DNA from: Leucoraja ocellata
Taxonomy: Eukaryota
Direction of reading: 5' to 3'
NCBI GenBank assembly: GCA_036785375.1
Contig: JAWMAR010000023.1
Span: 6,696,001 to 6,760,000 of the forward strand
Length of the DNA: 64,000 bases
The first letter of the stretch is position 1; every line of letters begins with the position of its first letter. Below, piece by piece: positions 21,919 through 37,400 of the stretch. The notes beneath the pieces are model-generated. The model did no database searches, was not told where the DNA came from, and worked only from the letters and a program-made list of their open reading frames with translations. The position numbers and the translations under genes were made by a program.

Positions 21919-24900
21919 CATTCTTTCCAAAAGCATTAGTAAATAAAATGGACAATGCAACAAGTGAAAAAGAAAACAGAAACAAAATAAGGCAAGAAAA
22001 ATGTGATTTTGTTTTAGTGTTTAAAATAGCTTTACACCAAGGCAGCGATATATTAACTATAGAGACACAGGAACTGAATACAGTATCTACAACATTGGTA
22101 CACACAATGACAGCTCCCAACAACTGATCTGCAGTTTGGATCAAACTTCTTTCATTGAGTTTGATCTACAGAATAGTTACAATAATTAATTTAATAAAAT
22201 TTTCTACTGTACATTTCTTTTTACATTTTCTCTTAATTACGATTAGTATTCTTAAACTTTTCAATAAACCTGCATCATTATCATTATTACAATCCACAGT
22301 GTTGGACCAACTTGTTTCAATGTTCAAGGATTGAGCCTTGTTTACTGCTGACCTCGCACGATCTACCAATCCTCCGAGCTCTTTCTCTCGATGCCCACAG
22401 GATGAAGCAATGTTTCAAGCTGCTTCACTATATGCTAATATTGAAGCTTTGAAATGTTTATTTTCTTCAAATAATGTTTCATAGTCCCGGAATGCTGCTA
22501 CTTGTGCAAATGTGACAGCATTCACACTCACCTGTGCCAAGGAATAGGCTACAACCAGAACGTAAGATTAATCCAGTGCCCTTCACACTCTGACGCTCTG
22601 ACTGAAGCTGTACTTAGACCTGATGGTATTGAATCTGACTCCCTGTACTGCACCATTTCCTCATTCTCTGAAATAGAAGGAAACTATCGTTACACACAAG
22701 ACCCCTGGCTGTTTATGTCTGCTATCAGGTTTCCCATTCCAGCATCATTCTCTTAATCTGTGCGATGCACTCCCCAGTGCAGAAGGTTCCCCTGCATTCT
22801 GATTTTAAGAAAAGGTATTGGGAGAGCGGAGGCTGAGAACTGGGGGGGGGGGGGGGGGGGGGCGAGAGAGAGTGAGAGTGGCAAAATTATTGTCATGGTT
22901 AATGGTAGAGTTAGCAATGTAGGCTTAGTTTGGGCAGAAGATTAAAACTCCATGTTATTAGATGATTGGTTAGTTAACAGGATACAGGAATTAAGTGTCA
23001 GATGTAATGTGTGATGTGCCCGCAGGGATGAGTGCTGGAGCTGGGTGCTCGGCTTTTTAATTTTACAATTTATATACATCTTGGACGAAGGCACCTAAGG
23101 TATATTTGTTGCACAAAAATAAATATCCCGGCGACACAAAAACAGAGACAGGAAAGCAAGTTGGGAAGATGTTATAAGGACACTAAGAAGGAATATAAAT
23201 AGGTTAAGTGAGTCAACAAAGATCTGGCAAGTGGAATATAACATACAAAAACATGAAATTATCCTTTGCAGTCAGAATCACAGATGAACTACTTAGGAAC
23301 AGGCTGTCTGGCCTCCGTGTCTATACCGCCCATCACCTATCTATATTCATTCCACTTCCCTGCATTAATTCCATATCCCTCTATACCTTACTCGTTCAAG
23401 TGTCTGACCAGATTCCTCTTAAATGTCTTAATTCTTCTCGTGCTTCAACACATCAAATGATGTGAAAGGTTGCTAACCTGATGGTGTGCGCAGTAAGCTA
23501 ATGCCTTGTGGGCGACTTTCCATTTAGGTTTGGTTTTTATTTTGATTTGTTGTTTTTTCTATCCCAAAAACAACTCGCTTAGTACCTTCTAAAAAAGTCA
23601 AAATAGATAGGGCATAGATGAAAGTACACCTGGAGTACTATTAGTCTCTGTTAAAGGAAGGATGTTAATGTGTTGGAAGTATTTCTGGCAAAGTTTATTA
23701 GACTAATATCTTGAATGGGCAGGTTTTCTTATGACAAAGATTCAGAAGTGATGTTTGAATCTTAGTAAAGTCAACATTTTCTTCACAGCAGGCCACGTTA
23801 GTATTCTTAGAAGTGTGAGAGGGGACTTGATTTAAACAAGTGAGAACCTGAGGGATTTTAACAGTACGGGTGGAAACAATGTTTCCTTTCGTGAGAGAAC
23901 CTAAACTAGTGGAAACTGCTGAAAAATCAAGGCTGACTCATTTAAGAGCGAGATGGACAGAACTTTTTGTTTTCCTGCTCCTACTTTGTATGTTTGTACA
24001 TTCATACATAAATTGGCAGGACAGCCTCTAGCAAGATTTTGTTATTTACCTTTCAGCCTACCTGCAGGGGTGCCGAGAGAAAGGATGAAGGATAGTCACT
24101 TATTGGGCAGATGTGGATCCCAGTCGGAGCCAGCATTTCAGGAGAAGAGGAGGGACCTAACCCAGCATGAGTGAACACATTTAAGAGAGGAGGTGTCTGA
24201 ACCTCTGAAAGAGTCAGCATTTTCTCAAGAGTAAAGTGAAAATTTTGGGGAAAAAACACAACAGAATCATATCCTTACAACTCGTTGCTGGGAATGGCAA
24301 AAAAAAAAAAAGCAAAGGAAAGGTATCATTTATAACAAGCAGCTGTTTCAGACAGAGCATAAACCGTTAAAAAATTGACTAAATGGCAATGATACTATGA
24401 ATGATTCGGTGTCATTTAGCCGTAACTATGATCAAAATTACAAGTCCTCCAGACTGCCTGAGGATATCGACAACACATTACGTGCACAAGGTGTGCCATA
24501 TAGTTTCCTCTCCCTTGCAGCAGAGAAGGTCGCTGAGTGCAAGGGCTGTTTAAACGTCAACTGATGAATTTTTAAATTCTTTAAAATACTTTTTGAAAGG
24601 TTGTTGCCTTGTGCATTACTGAGTTGCAAAAGGAGACAACAAAAAGATGCTTGCTGAAGGGATTTGGCAAACTACACTGATAGGTCGGGGTGCACTTAAA
24701 CATGGAGTTCCTGTCACAAAAGCAGATGACTGGATGGTGAGGACCTGTGAGAGAGGGACTAAAATAGTCCTTTAAACATCTAAGTAGATCAGAAGAACTT
24801 CAACATCCATTTAAAATGTACAAAAAAGCTGATGACGGCACCAAAACGTAGAATACACCAAAACAATGTAGTGCTTGGCACCAATATTTACCAAAACCAA

Positions 24901-25050
24901 TCAATTTAAAGTTCTTATTAACAAGGACAGATGAGAAATTGAATCACGGTTAGAATTAGAAGCCTGAGGTTCCTGAAATATTAGGGGTGAGTCTCAAACA
25001 GTGGTGTGTGCAAAAAATTCAGTGTTGTTTAGTGTGAGAAGTCAGTACTG

Positions 25051-25409
25051 TCACATGATGTCGACGAAGAACTCACATGGATTCCCCATGGCCTTTTGGA
25101 AGGATTGCCGGCTGCCGATGAGCTCAGGGGGGACAGCTGCTAGATCCCGGACAGGGGGAGCTCCAGGGGGCCCACATGCTTTTTGGACTGGGGGCTGGTA
25201 GATTGGCAGAACTCCTGGAAGTCCATGAGAACAGTGGCTGTGGTGGCTGAGTTGGCTTGCTGGTCGCTCACAGTGCATAATGTTCCCAGTGGTGCGGTCA
25301 GGTTCGCCCTCAACCCCCACTTTCTTTGACTCTGTTTTCTGCTCCTTTTCCTTCCCCATTGAGCTTCTTCTCTCACCAACAGTCCGAATAGATCCACTGC
25401 TTTTGCTTC
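25051..25409 (-). CDS. DVL1: DVL1 last coding exon
   Basis: GSKSSGS...[40 protein letters not shown]; acceptor tatgcag|GA. Confidence 0.96.
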
Positions 25410-28400
25410 CTGCATAAAGAACAGAAAACACAACTCACCTCTCTGTAAAACCTATCAGTGTGCAAAAGTTAAGAGACAGTGGTACTTCGTAGAAACAAAG
25501 AACTAAGAGTTACTAACTATTTTATTGAAATTCATTGCTGAAGCCTTGTCCACAAAGTCTCGTCAGAAATTATGCAGTTAAGTAATTATGGCTACTACAA
25601 CCACCTTATTATTGCCAAAATAGTGAACATTTCTCCTTCCCTCCGTCATCTTTTCCAACACCCCTTCAGTCACACTCCTCATCCCCCCCCATCCTGCACG
25701 TACATCCCTCCATTTTCATCACCTGTCTCTCAGACGTTAACCCCTCCCACCAACATAACTCCATCTCCTCCACTGTCTCTTTCCTTGGTGATTTTCTTTA
25801 GGGCTTCAATGTTAAACAGCTCTGACAAGCAGTACTATTCCTTTGGGATTTCTCACTCTTACCATCTCTTATTATGTTTGCAAAGCGCAAATGCTGATGG
25901 ATCAGAAAGCTATGTAACTTAAATTATGAACATCTGTCACAGGGAGCAACATAACCAGAGGATGTTCACAGGAGGGAGAAATTCAAACATTAACAAACCC
26001 AGAACATTCTCGGTGGAATGATTTTTAGCAGTGGTCAGTCCACCATGTACCCTACCTTCACTCTGCTGGCTTCCAGCACTGCCATTTCCATAGTTTGGGG
26101 TAGGCTCTTGGCATGTCGCAGGATAATACGACTGAGGCAGTGGATACTGATACGGGAACCCCTGAGCCAACTGCCAGGGGCACGCTGGATGTGGGAGAGG
26201 TGCAAGAATGTCATGTTCTGATGTGCCACTGGAACCTTCATTTAAGCTCAAGCCAGCCATATCTACCAGCAAAGGAAAGGAATGCAGAGACATTAGTTAC
26301 AATTCCTGCCATGAGTCACTTAATAATCTTCTAATAGTGACAGTCTGAGCAGGAGTGCGTGCGGGGGGGGGGGGGGGTGGTGCGGGCCTGAACCGCGGGC
26401 CTGAACCACGGTGGGGGGGTGGCAGCGCGATTTTTTTATTACTCTAGGGGGAAAAAAGGGGGGTGCGTTCACACCCTCTGCATCCCCCCTTCGGACGCCC
26501 ATGATTATAAATACCATTGAAGGTGGTGAGGAGGTTCCTGCCAAAAAGTAGGAGATAGCGAGAGAACATTATTGTTATGGGAGAACTCCAACATTGTAAA
26601 CAGTGCACAAAAATAGAAAATATAGTTCCAAGTGAAGATGTTGTGTGACCTAAAAATCCACCTTGTTGACTTTTGGAGTACCCCAGCATTAAGTACCATG
26701 AATCCCTTTCCTTGTGATGAGTAGAAAGGGTTGACCAGTTCCTATTATAGAAGTTTAGGATATTCTACAATCCTCGTGAGATTGAAAAAGCAGTGGAATG
26801 CTTTAGTTAAATGAAGAAAAGCTTGTTCAATAATGTTGCTGCTATAATCACAGCAGCAAGTAGACAGTATTTATTGTGCACTGCAGTTACTCCACTAAGC
26901 CAGTCCAACATCAATTCCCAAAGCCATGGCCATCAAGAATGACAGGAGAACACTACCATCTGCTGGTTCCCCTTTAAAATCACATAACAACCTGACATGG
27001 AAATATACTCCGATTCTTTCATTGACTTTGCATGTAAAACCTGGAATTCTAAACCTAATGATTATATCGGAGATACCAGGAACTAGTGGTTTACAAAAAA
27101 AGATACAAAGTGCTGGAGTATTTCAATGGGCAAGGCAGCATCCCTTGAGAACATGGACAAGTAATGTTTGTCGGGACCCTTCTTCTGTCTGATAGTAGTG
27201 GAGCAGGGATGAGAAAGCAGGAAGAGAGCAGGAGCAGGACCAAGACTGTCGAGTGATAGGCGGAGACAGGTGAGGGGTTTGATAGGCAGATGGTTGGACT
27301 AAGACCAGAGATGAAAAGACAAATGCTGTGAAATGAGGATAAAGCAAATTGTGAAGCCAGAGGAAGAAAAGATCAGAGTGTTTTTACACATTGCAATAGC
27401 ATTGCAATAGTTTGATACAACAGTTCATCCCACCTTCTCAAGGACAATTAAGAATGGATCATAAACACTAGACCTGTCAGCAACACAGAAGTCCAATCAT
27501 GAAATGAAAAATCTATCTCCTAAAAATTTAATTCATAAGTTTCTTTGGAGGAAGATCGTTTATTTTGCAAACCTCACGTATTTTGGAGAAAGGAATGGCT
27601 TTGTTGAAGTAAAGACTTGAGTCCCTCTCTGCAACATAGACAGCTGCCAGAGTGCTCTTGCAGTCCCAGCAAACATGTGCCATGTTAAGTTCATTTTCTG
27701 GTCAATAATGATCAGCACCATGGGAGACTTCAGATGGAAGTTCTCATCTCACACTGTGGCAGCTAGTCATAGAGTGACACAGTGGGGAAACAGGCACTTT
27801 GGTCCAACTTGCCCACACTGGCCAACATGCCCCAGCTACACGAGTCCCACCTGGGTCCCTCAATGGGTTTGATGGGTTAGATGTAGGGAAAATATCTTGC
27901 CTGACTGAGGATTTTAGCATTACTTGGTGGGGAGAGGCGAAATAGGGGATAGATTATTAAGAATGAGATGACAAGTTTTTTCTCCTAGAAGCTTTGATGA
28001 AATTTCAGAATTCACTACCATGGTGGCACATGGAGAAAGGGGAATCAGGGTCATAGGGACAGTACTGGAAAATGGCACTGAGGTAGAATATCAGACATGA
28101 TCTTGGAAAAGATTTGAAGGGCTAGATCATTTATTTTTCTTGTGTGTCTTTGTGCAGGGCTTGATCTACTATGATTTCCAGATTATGATTTATATTCTTA
28201 ACTATGTAGAGAGTATGAATGAAGTGAGAGTTGTCAATTTTACAAAGCATGACAACTCAAAGCACCCTTGCAAGCTTCCAGCTTGTGTAAATAACTTGCG
28301 TGTAAAAGCATGGTCCAATGTTTCATCATGTACAGGCAGTCTATAAGCTACAAACACAATGCACGATTAACTTCATGTCTCAGTTTAGTACTACAATGCT

Positions 28401-31400
28401 TAAAAGTGCTTCACAACTGATTTTCCAGACATTCTTCTTTCAAGTACATCAATTCAATAATGTCAAGGTTGACTGCACCTATTTTTTTCATTCAGAGCTG
28501 ATAATGATTTTGCTATTGCAGTTACGCCTGGTCTCAATGTGTCCTTTGTTTCTGTACTTGCTCCAGTTACCATATCCGTTACCTTACACCATCGTCCCCT
28601 CTGTTGTTTAATCTCTCTTGCTTTCTACCTTTCACAGATCTCTCATTAATTTCTTCCTTGTCCTCACTTCTTTACATGGCAATTTAATAAATCTGTTGCG
28701 CCTCCTATTTTTTTTTAGGGTCTGTAAATGTGGCAACCAATCTGCAACGTGCACAATGTTTCAGCTTGACTGAATATAGCAAGCATGTGTTTTTTAATAA
28801 CTAAAAAAAACTTGAGATTTCCAGTATGTGCAGTATTTTATCTCAACGGCAGCTTTACTTAAACTTAGGCTGTGCCCAATGTAGGAATGTTTAATGTGGC
28901 AACACACCATTCCCCTAGTAGTATTATGGATATAGATTAGACTTACTGGCAGTGAGGTCCCCAAAGATATAGTAACACTGCTCAGAGAAGGTAATTTTAT
29001 TGACTGTATGCCTGAGGTAGCCATGCTTCAGCATACTGCTTGCATATTTTCTTGCTTCGCGCCGATCTTTAAATCCCTGCACGCGTGAGAAAAGCCAGTC
29101 GACTACATCAGCTCCTGAAGGGAAACAAGAGATGTTCATGAGAAGAATGGGAGAAGAGTTTCTCAAACATACACAATTCTGAAGGGGATTGACAGGCCGA
29201 GTGCAGGAAAGTTGTTTTCCCTGGCTGAGGAAATTAGGACAGGGGTGGTGGAGACTAAAACATAGTAATCAACAGTAGGCCACGAAGGAATGAGATGAGA
29301 AGTTTCTTCACTTGGAGGCTGGTGATACTTTGGAATTCTCTACCTTGGAGGGATGTGGAGGCTCAGTCATGTTCATTAAAAACACAGAAGAATAGGAGGG
29401 TCTTAAAAAGGTTTTCGACTGAAAATTGTCCATTTCCTCAGCGTGACTTGCTGAGTTGCACCAGCACGTTGTGTTTTGCTCAAGATTCCAGCATCTGCAG
29501 TTGTTTGCGTCTCCCCAGGTAAATGGATGTGGATATGAAGGATGACAGACACAAAATGCTGGAGTAACTCAGCGGGCCAGGCATCTATGGATAAAAGGAA
29601 TCGGTGACGTTTCGGGTCAAGACCCTTCTTCAGACTGAGATGAAGGATATTTGGATAAGTCCAACTACACTGCTGGGTACACAATATCCTCCCCAGCACA
29701 AATCAGCATGACTCAATCTTTGGTCGGAGAAGTGCCTTCATAGAAACAACAGTTCCAGCTGTCAGCACACGCTGGGCCAAGACCTGCAGAACATAACCAT
29801 ATTTACCTGTCAGCAACTATCCTAACTAGTTTCCTTAAGTAAATTAATAAACTGACTGGGTTTTGTTCTCATTGCATTAATTGCTCAGGCGTCTGAACTA
29901 ACAACAAACACTGCATAGGAAAGATACCAAGAGATATAGATAGGGTAAGTGAGCAAACAAAGATCTGACACATTAAATATAATGTGTGAAAATGCAAAAA
30001 TAATCCATTTTGTCAGGAAAGCAAGAAAGCATATTATCTATTAAAGAACGTGGATCTATGAGGCAGAGAGAATGGAGTACCCTGTTACACATTGCACAGA
30101 AGGCTGGCCTGGGGGTATAATAAGGAAGCAGGAAAGCTAATGGAATGTTATTATTTATTGCTTGGGGAATGAAATACAGAAATGGAAAGTTTATACTTTA
30201 GATGTACAGGCTGTGGTAGGACCCAATCCAGAGTACTGTATACATTATGATTCTGTGTAGGAAAGAACTGCAGATGCTGGTTTAAATCAAATATAGACAC
30301 AAACTACTGGAGTAACTCAGTGGGACAGGCAGCATCTTTGGAGATAAGGAATGGGTGACGTTTCAGATCAAGACCCTTCTTCAGACTGATGTCAGGGGAG
30401 TGGGCGGGACAGAGATAGAATGTAGTCAGATTCTTCAGAAGAAGGGTCTCGATCCGAAACGTCACCCATTCCTTCTCTACAGAGATGCTGCCTGTCCCGC
30501 TGAGTTACTCCAGCAGTTTGTGTCTACCGTACATTTTTATTCTCCTTGTTTAAGGATAGGGAATATATAATTCTGATTTGATGGGCAAAGTCTGAGAACA
30601 GTGGATAGCCCAGTACAGCCAAAAACACAGATCTCAGTATGAATGATTAGTGCAATCTAGATCCTTACATTGTGAACAGTGAGAATGGCTCTGCAGGTGA
30701 TGACACTCACCAATGACAGCATTTGAAATGGTGATCTTCAACCACAGTCTATTACGGATCTCCAGTCCCGAGTCAGACAACTGCATTGCCTTGACGATGA
30801 TTGGCATCTCACTTTTAACCGTTAGTGGCCAATCTTCAAACTCTAAACAAATTAATGGGTAGTAAAGGATTTAATAATCAAAGCACCAAAAGACCTGGTC
30901 TTGTCTAGCCTTTTGGAATTATAGAGTCATGTAGCTTGGAAACAGGCCTTTCGCCCCAATTCGTCCATGCTGACCAAGATGCCCCATTTAAGTTAGCCCA
31001 ATTTGCCCACTGCTTTGTGAACATTAAGTTGTGAAGTGTGTGCAGAGGTAGGAGTGTTCATAGCCTTCAAATGACAAGGAGGCAATATATACCGAGGCTT
31101 TTCATCCCTTCTGTTCTGTCTCTCAATTAGATCATGATTTCTCTTGATCTTGATTCTTGCCTCAGCTGATGGGACATGGAAAACAGTTGGACACCATCGC
31201 ACTTTGACATAAAATCCAGGACAGGCCAGGTGGAGCCAAACCAAAGGGAGGCAGTGACCAGAAGTCCAAGTAAAGTTTTAATTTGAAGCATTTTTATTAA
31301 GAATTCCTTGCGAACTAGGAGCTCTTTTGGAGCCCCCGGCAATCATTAAGCCTCTAAAAAAAAATCAGAGGCCCTCCTGCAGATCCCGTTCCCCATGTAA

Positions 31401-34400
31401 CCTCATGCAGAAGACCTCTTCTTTAGGTCCCTTGGTGAAATAAGCTAGTTAATCCAATTCCCTAACCAAACCTGATTTCTTGCTCCCACTCTCTGATTGT
31501 TCCCATCTGCGTATACTCAGTGCTGACCCTGTATTCAAAGAGATTGAGGCCTGAGATCAAGGAAGCATCTCCCCTTATCTCTGAGAGTTAAAAACAGACT
31601 TTAAAAACACATATGCAGAGATAGGACAAGAGGGTCCAACTGTCTCATAACAATGTGGCCTTTAAACACTTCCTCAAGTAGCAATGTGCACATATGCCCA
31701 CAATATTCCCTTCCCAAACAACACAGGACATTGCCCCACTGCACTGAGCAAGCTCACACCACGGCTTATCTTGCCTTGCAACTGCTGAATATAGATTAAC
31801 GTAGCTTGACAGGATACAGAAGCTGGACAAATGCAACTTACTTTCCGAATCTGGGATGGAGCTGGTTAGTGACGAACTGGTGGAAGTAATGGCACTGGTG
31901 GTAGGGCTCATGCCGTAATGGGGGAATGATCCTGTCATGGCAGTGGTATGAGAGATCCAGGCTGCTGGGTCAATAGGTCTCACTGGTTCTGCTGTAACAC
32001 ATACAGAGAGGACAGATTAGACTATGAGCCACATTCAGTTCCAGCAAAAGAATAAAGAGACAAAAATCAAACTACGGTGGACATGTAAATGTCATAAAAG
32101 CATAACCATGCCTGCACGTGCATCAACAGCTGAGGGAGAGGAGAGCTGGGGCCTCCTCCTAAGGTTAATCTGGCTTTACTTACCTGCGGCATATTTCTGC
32201 AATCATCATTTCATTGCAGAAAGGAGAGATGGCTATTTGTGGCCAGACATTTGCCAGTCTCCAGTGTACAATATATTGTGGTCAGGAGGCACAGAGGGAA
32301 AGGGATGATAAACACAAGTACAAACTAAGCTTGGCAAAGATGCAAAGAAAAGGAGGATATTACTTAAACCAGATTTCATTAGCTTTGTTTTAAATAATAA
32401 AGTAGAATTTTTATGAAATTAAAAATAATAAGTAGAATTTTTATAAAATTAGAAATGATTTTACATTAAAAACAGCAAAAATATAAAGTAGAAATAAAAT
32501 CCATTACAATTCTAACATTGTTAAAGCATCAGAGGAAATGTAATCAAAATCAAATTTCAGACCTGCCAGGACATCTACAATTAATAACATGATTTATTCA
32601 ACAATTGCTCCCCAATGTTGATGCCACTTACTCCTGGGAATGTTGAAATAGCTCCTGGGGGTGGGGTCCCAACACTTGGCTACTGTTAAGCTGATGGGTC
32701 TGGAGAGGCAAACAGAATGGAAAAATTAGCTTACATCATCAGCCCCAGTCCAACGTTATGTGAAGAGGCATTATGCACAGCAGAGGCATCAACATACAGA
32801 AAAGCTGAACTGTCAGAGTGGGGTGTTAGGTACTGAGGAAGAGTTGCACAGTTGGAGGGGCAGTAGTATGAAAATTGATTTCCTGGAGTGTGAAAGCAGT
32901 ATTGCTCATTGCAGTGAACACAAAGTGCTGAAGTAACTCAACAGGACAGGCAGCATCTCTGGAGGACATTGATAGGCAAAGTTTCAGGTTGGGACCCTTC
33001 TTCAGCCTGAAGAATCCTTGCCCTCCAGAGATGCTGCCTTATCCACTGAGTTACTCCAGAACTCTGTTCTATGCAAAATTCCAGCATCCGCTGTTCCTTG
33101 TGCCTACATTTTCGTCTTAAATGAAGATCCTGTACTACTATCTTAAACAGCAGTTTGCATAAGGCAAAATAATTTTGTTGGCTTTTCTGCATTACAAAGA
33201 TGACCACTTCATGGGTGTCAAGTACCATGGAACATCCAGATATCCTTTTAGTCTCCATGACATGTTGGTTAAATAGTGCACTTACCCAGGCTTTGAGACT
33301 ATTTCCCGTAGAATCCTCACAGCATCATCATTGCTCATGTTTTCAAAGTTGACGTCATTGACCTGGAAAATGGAGTAGATTGAAGGTTCAGATCAGGGAT
33401 AGGATCCAAATCTCGACACTAGTGAAGGAATCAGGGACTGGTTCAGAGGACTGAGAGACAGAAGGAGAAATATGGGGGAGGCAGGTTTCAGATAACGACA
33501 CAAATGAGTTATTCTTGTACCACACTAATTAAAGGATTTGATATTTTTGTCAGAACACATCCATCTGTAGATGACATGTAAAATAAAAACAAATATTTTT
33601 ATTAATGATACATAACAATATACAACCAAGTAACTGACTCAGAGAAAGCGGTTCACTGATTGCAGACTGTTTGCTGACCGGCTTATATGTGATCCTGGGG
33701 CTCTGAAGAGGAATGTAAGATGAATTATCCAGTCTGGCTGAGCAAAATCCATCTTCCCCCAGTGGTGGAATCAGTGTTCGTAAATGCTTCAGCCTTGTCT
33801 TTAGCATTTACACACTGGGACCCACAGTCAATGAAGATGGAGATTTCTTGGAGCCTCCCATTAATTATCCATCACCATTCACTACTGGATATGGCAGGAC
33901 TAAGGAGCTTTGATCTGTTCCATTGGGTTTGATTTTTGCTGAGCTCGGTATACTGCAGGCTGTTTTTGCTGTTAGCATACAAGCAGTCCTGTGCATGTTG
34001 AAAACTCATTTTAAATACGCCCGGTGTTGCTCCTTGTTTACCCTTCTTATTCTTCATTGAAGCTGACCTGATCCATAGATGCATTAGTAACGCTGCAGTG
34101 AGGTTACAGATTGTTGTAGTGTAGATTTCTACTGTTGCTGATTGTCCACAGCTCCCCAAGACATGGCAGACAAAAGTGCTGGAGAAACTCAGTGGGTGCA
34201 GCAGCATCTATGGTGCGAAGGAAATAGGCAACGTTTCGTGCCGAAACCCTTCTTCAGACTGGAAGGAACTGCAGGTGCTGGTTTAAACAAAAAGCTGGAA
34301 TAACTCAGTGGGACAGGTAGCACCTCTGGAGAGAAGGAGTGGGTGACAGGGGCCTGATCTGAAGTGAGTCTGTCCCACTTAGTACGTTTGTGGTGCCACA

Positions 34401-37400
34401 GAACACAATGAATAATTTATAGATAGGACTTTGTCTCTACAAAGGTCACCTCTACAAATGTAATCATGGCCAGATGTACCTATCCAGATTGAACAGTGAA
34501 GATGAAGCTACTCTCGAAAAGGGACATTGAAGTCACCACATGTTCATCACTACATTGTGTTCTTGCTAATTTCAGTGATTCTTCCAAGTGATTTTCAAGA
34601 CGTAGTACCATTGATTTCTCTGCTGTGAGAAGATGATAGCTGGTAATCAGAAGTAATGTCTTTGCCCATATGTGGCCGAATGCCTTGAGAATTCATGCGA
34701 TCTTAATCAATGTTGAGGACTTCCTGCACTCTTCTCTCCCATCATCTAACCAGTGTGCAGTCCCCTCTGGTGGATCATTTCTGCCATTGCAGTGGTGTGC
34801 AGGGATTGTGAAGAAGTCAGTTATGTTTTCTAAAAGGTTCTATTCTGTAAGCACACCAGTATCAGGTGGTTTCTTGGACAGTCTATGGCACAGCTCTTCC
34901 AGCTCATGAAAAGCACTATGCATTATCTACTTGGCCAAGTGACTATCATACCTGAATTCAGTGTCTATGTAAATGCCAAGTGGTCTGTCTGGTTTTTATT
35001 TTATATCTCAGTTTCAAAGAAGCAGATGAAGGCACTTGAGTGGCTTGCTGAGCCATTTGAGAGCGGATTTTTATAGTCTGAAGTCATAATGGGGACATTC
35101 AGGGTAAGTATGGCAGATTTCCTCTCATGAAGGGTACAAGTGAACTGGCTGGACTCTTGCGACAATCCAGTTGTTTGTATGATTATCATAACGAATGCCT
35201 GTTTAAAAAAATTCCAGGTTATTTAAGTGAATGTAAATGGGATTTGAAATTAGGCCTCAATAGACAATAGATGCAGGAGTAGGCCATTCGGTCCTTCGAG
35301 TCAGCACCGCCATTCAATGTGATCATGGCTGATCATCCCCAATCAGTACCCCGTTCCTGCCTTCTCCACATCCCTTGACTCCGCTATCTTTAAGAGCCCT
35401 ATCTAGCTCTCTCTTGAAAGTATCCAGAGAACCGGCCTCCACCGCCCTCTGAGCCAGAGAATTCCACAGATTACTCGTCCAGTACCTCCATTGTTGTACC
35501 AGCACGGTAGTGCACAGGTCACTCAAAGCCCACTGGGAAGAAGCAAAGATCCTAGGTACTGGAAAGGAAATACTGACATATTTTCTGTTACACGAATGTT
35601 TAATTTAAAATCTGTGTCTCCATTAGAGTTCCATCCACAATCACTATGTCTCCGCCTGGATTTAATTGTGGGATGAGTGATCCATGCATTTGATGAGAGG
35701 GCACAACATTCATTCATCTTTGTAAAATTCTACAGACCAGAATCACAGTGAGGCTGGTTTGACATCTGCAATCTTCATTTCTCAAAACTAAGCATTACAC
35801 TGAACGGTGGCCGGGGGCTTCTATACTTCAGTTTCAGGGAACAACTTCTGACCAAAGATATTATTTGAAATGATGTGGGTACTGACCTGCAGGAGCATGT
35901 CACCAGGCTCAATTCTGCCATCAGCTGCCACTGCTCCTCCCTTCATTATCGACCCAATGTAAATCCCGCCGTCTCCCCGGTCATTACTCTGACCCACGAT
36001 GCTGATCCCCAGGAAATTGTACTTCTCTGAAATAAAGGTTTGACATCAGTGATAAAGAGTTTGATGATGTGAAAAAAGGACAAAACTTCAACTTGTGAAT
36101 AATGCTAACTGGTGAGGTGACAGCAGATAAAACACACAAAGAGCAGATAGAGAGGCACTTCTTCAGAATGACTCCAAAAATATACATTGCAAGATCTATA
36201 TCATAAATATAAAGCGATTTCACTGATGTGGAACCAGTTTTTAATCTTCTTTGATCAAATTATTATTTTTTTCAAATTATGAAATTTTTAAGTTATCTTT
36301 ATTCTTGGAAATCTTGGATTTTGTACAGGGAGTTTCACCCTATCTAATGCCCTTCCAAGATTCAACAAGTGCCCCATCTGCCCTAAGATCTGTACATCAA
36401 CAGGCTTGTCCTTTATATTTTTAATATCTGCTTGGATTACTTTGTTATACTGAAATCATCTTAAATTCATTAATGCAGAATTTTGGAAAAAAAAACTTTT
36501 CTGCCAACTTGATTACTTTATGTACCACCTCAAACATGTTCTGAACATGCTCGAAGCAAACACGCTCCAACCAGGAACTCAGGCAAACACGCTCCGCCAA
36601 GCCCTAGGCAAACACACTGTGATGAACCTCAAACAAAAACCCCCAACTTCAATGCATAATAAACAATAATCTGTATTCTGCTATTAATATTTATTATATC
36701 CTTAAGCACCATTTACTTTCCACTGACATCAACCTCAAATCACCTTACTTTTTCAAAACAATAAACAAGTACTGAATTTTCAAATTTGCCTTTACTTCGT
36801 TAAAACTCACCCATGTTTAGCGTCACAGTGATAATATTGAGTGACATGGTGGAGTCTGTGATACTGCTCAATGATGAGGACTGTATGAAACAAACATTTA
36901 TTCAGTTGTTTAACGGAACTGAAGATAGTAAAGTATTTTTGATTTTTGATGCTTGAAACATTTCTAATGGAGCAAAAGAAGATAGACATAATTTTTTATC
37001 ATTCATTTCACAATCTTAAAACATCCTTAAGCAATTTGTCTACAACAAAAAACAGAGTAATTATTGCACAGACCATCTGCTTTATTGGTGTTATTCAAGA
37101 AATGGTGAGAACAGCCGAGGAGGAGGGGAAGTTGAGAAATAAGCTAAGGGTTCAGAATGAGAGCTTTGATGATGGATGGACAATTGGAATTGAGAGATTG
37201 ATAAGATGGAAAAAGGTGGGTGTGAGGACTCTAGTGAGAATGTGGGTATATAGGTTAGAAGTACATGGGTACATGGTAGGGTTGAGAAATATGTCGAAAA
37301 GATGAAGTTGTTCTCTGACACAGGGGTTTAAACTGGTTTCTTGCAGATACCAATTTCCTTACAAAGCAAGAAAATGCATCCATCCATTCTAATTCCTGTT

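Noticed and set aside
32390-32455. Tandem duplication AAATAATAA(A)AGTAGAATTTTTAT x2
   Set aside because: Ordinary local duplication in an AT-rich intron.
36545-36640. Short degenerate repeats (GCAAACACGCTCC x2-3)
   Set aside because: Too few and irregular; a decayed minisatellite, not an array of functional type.
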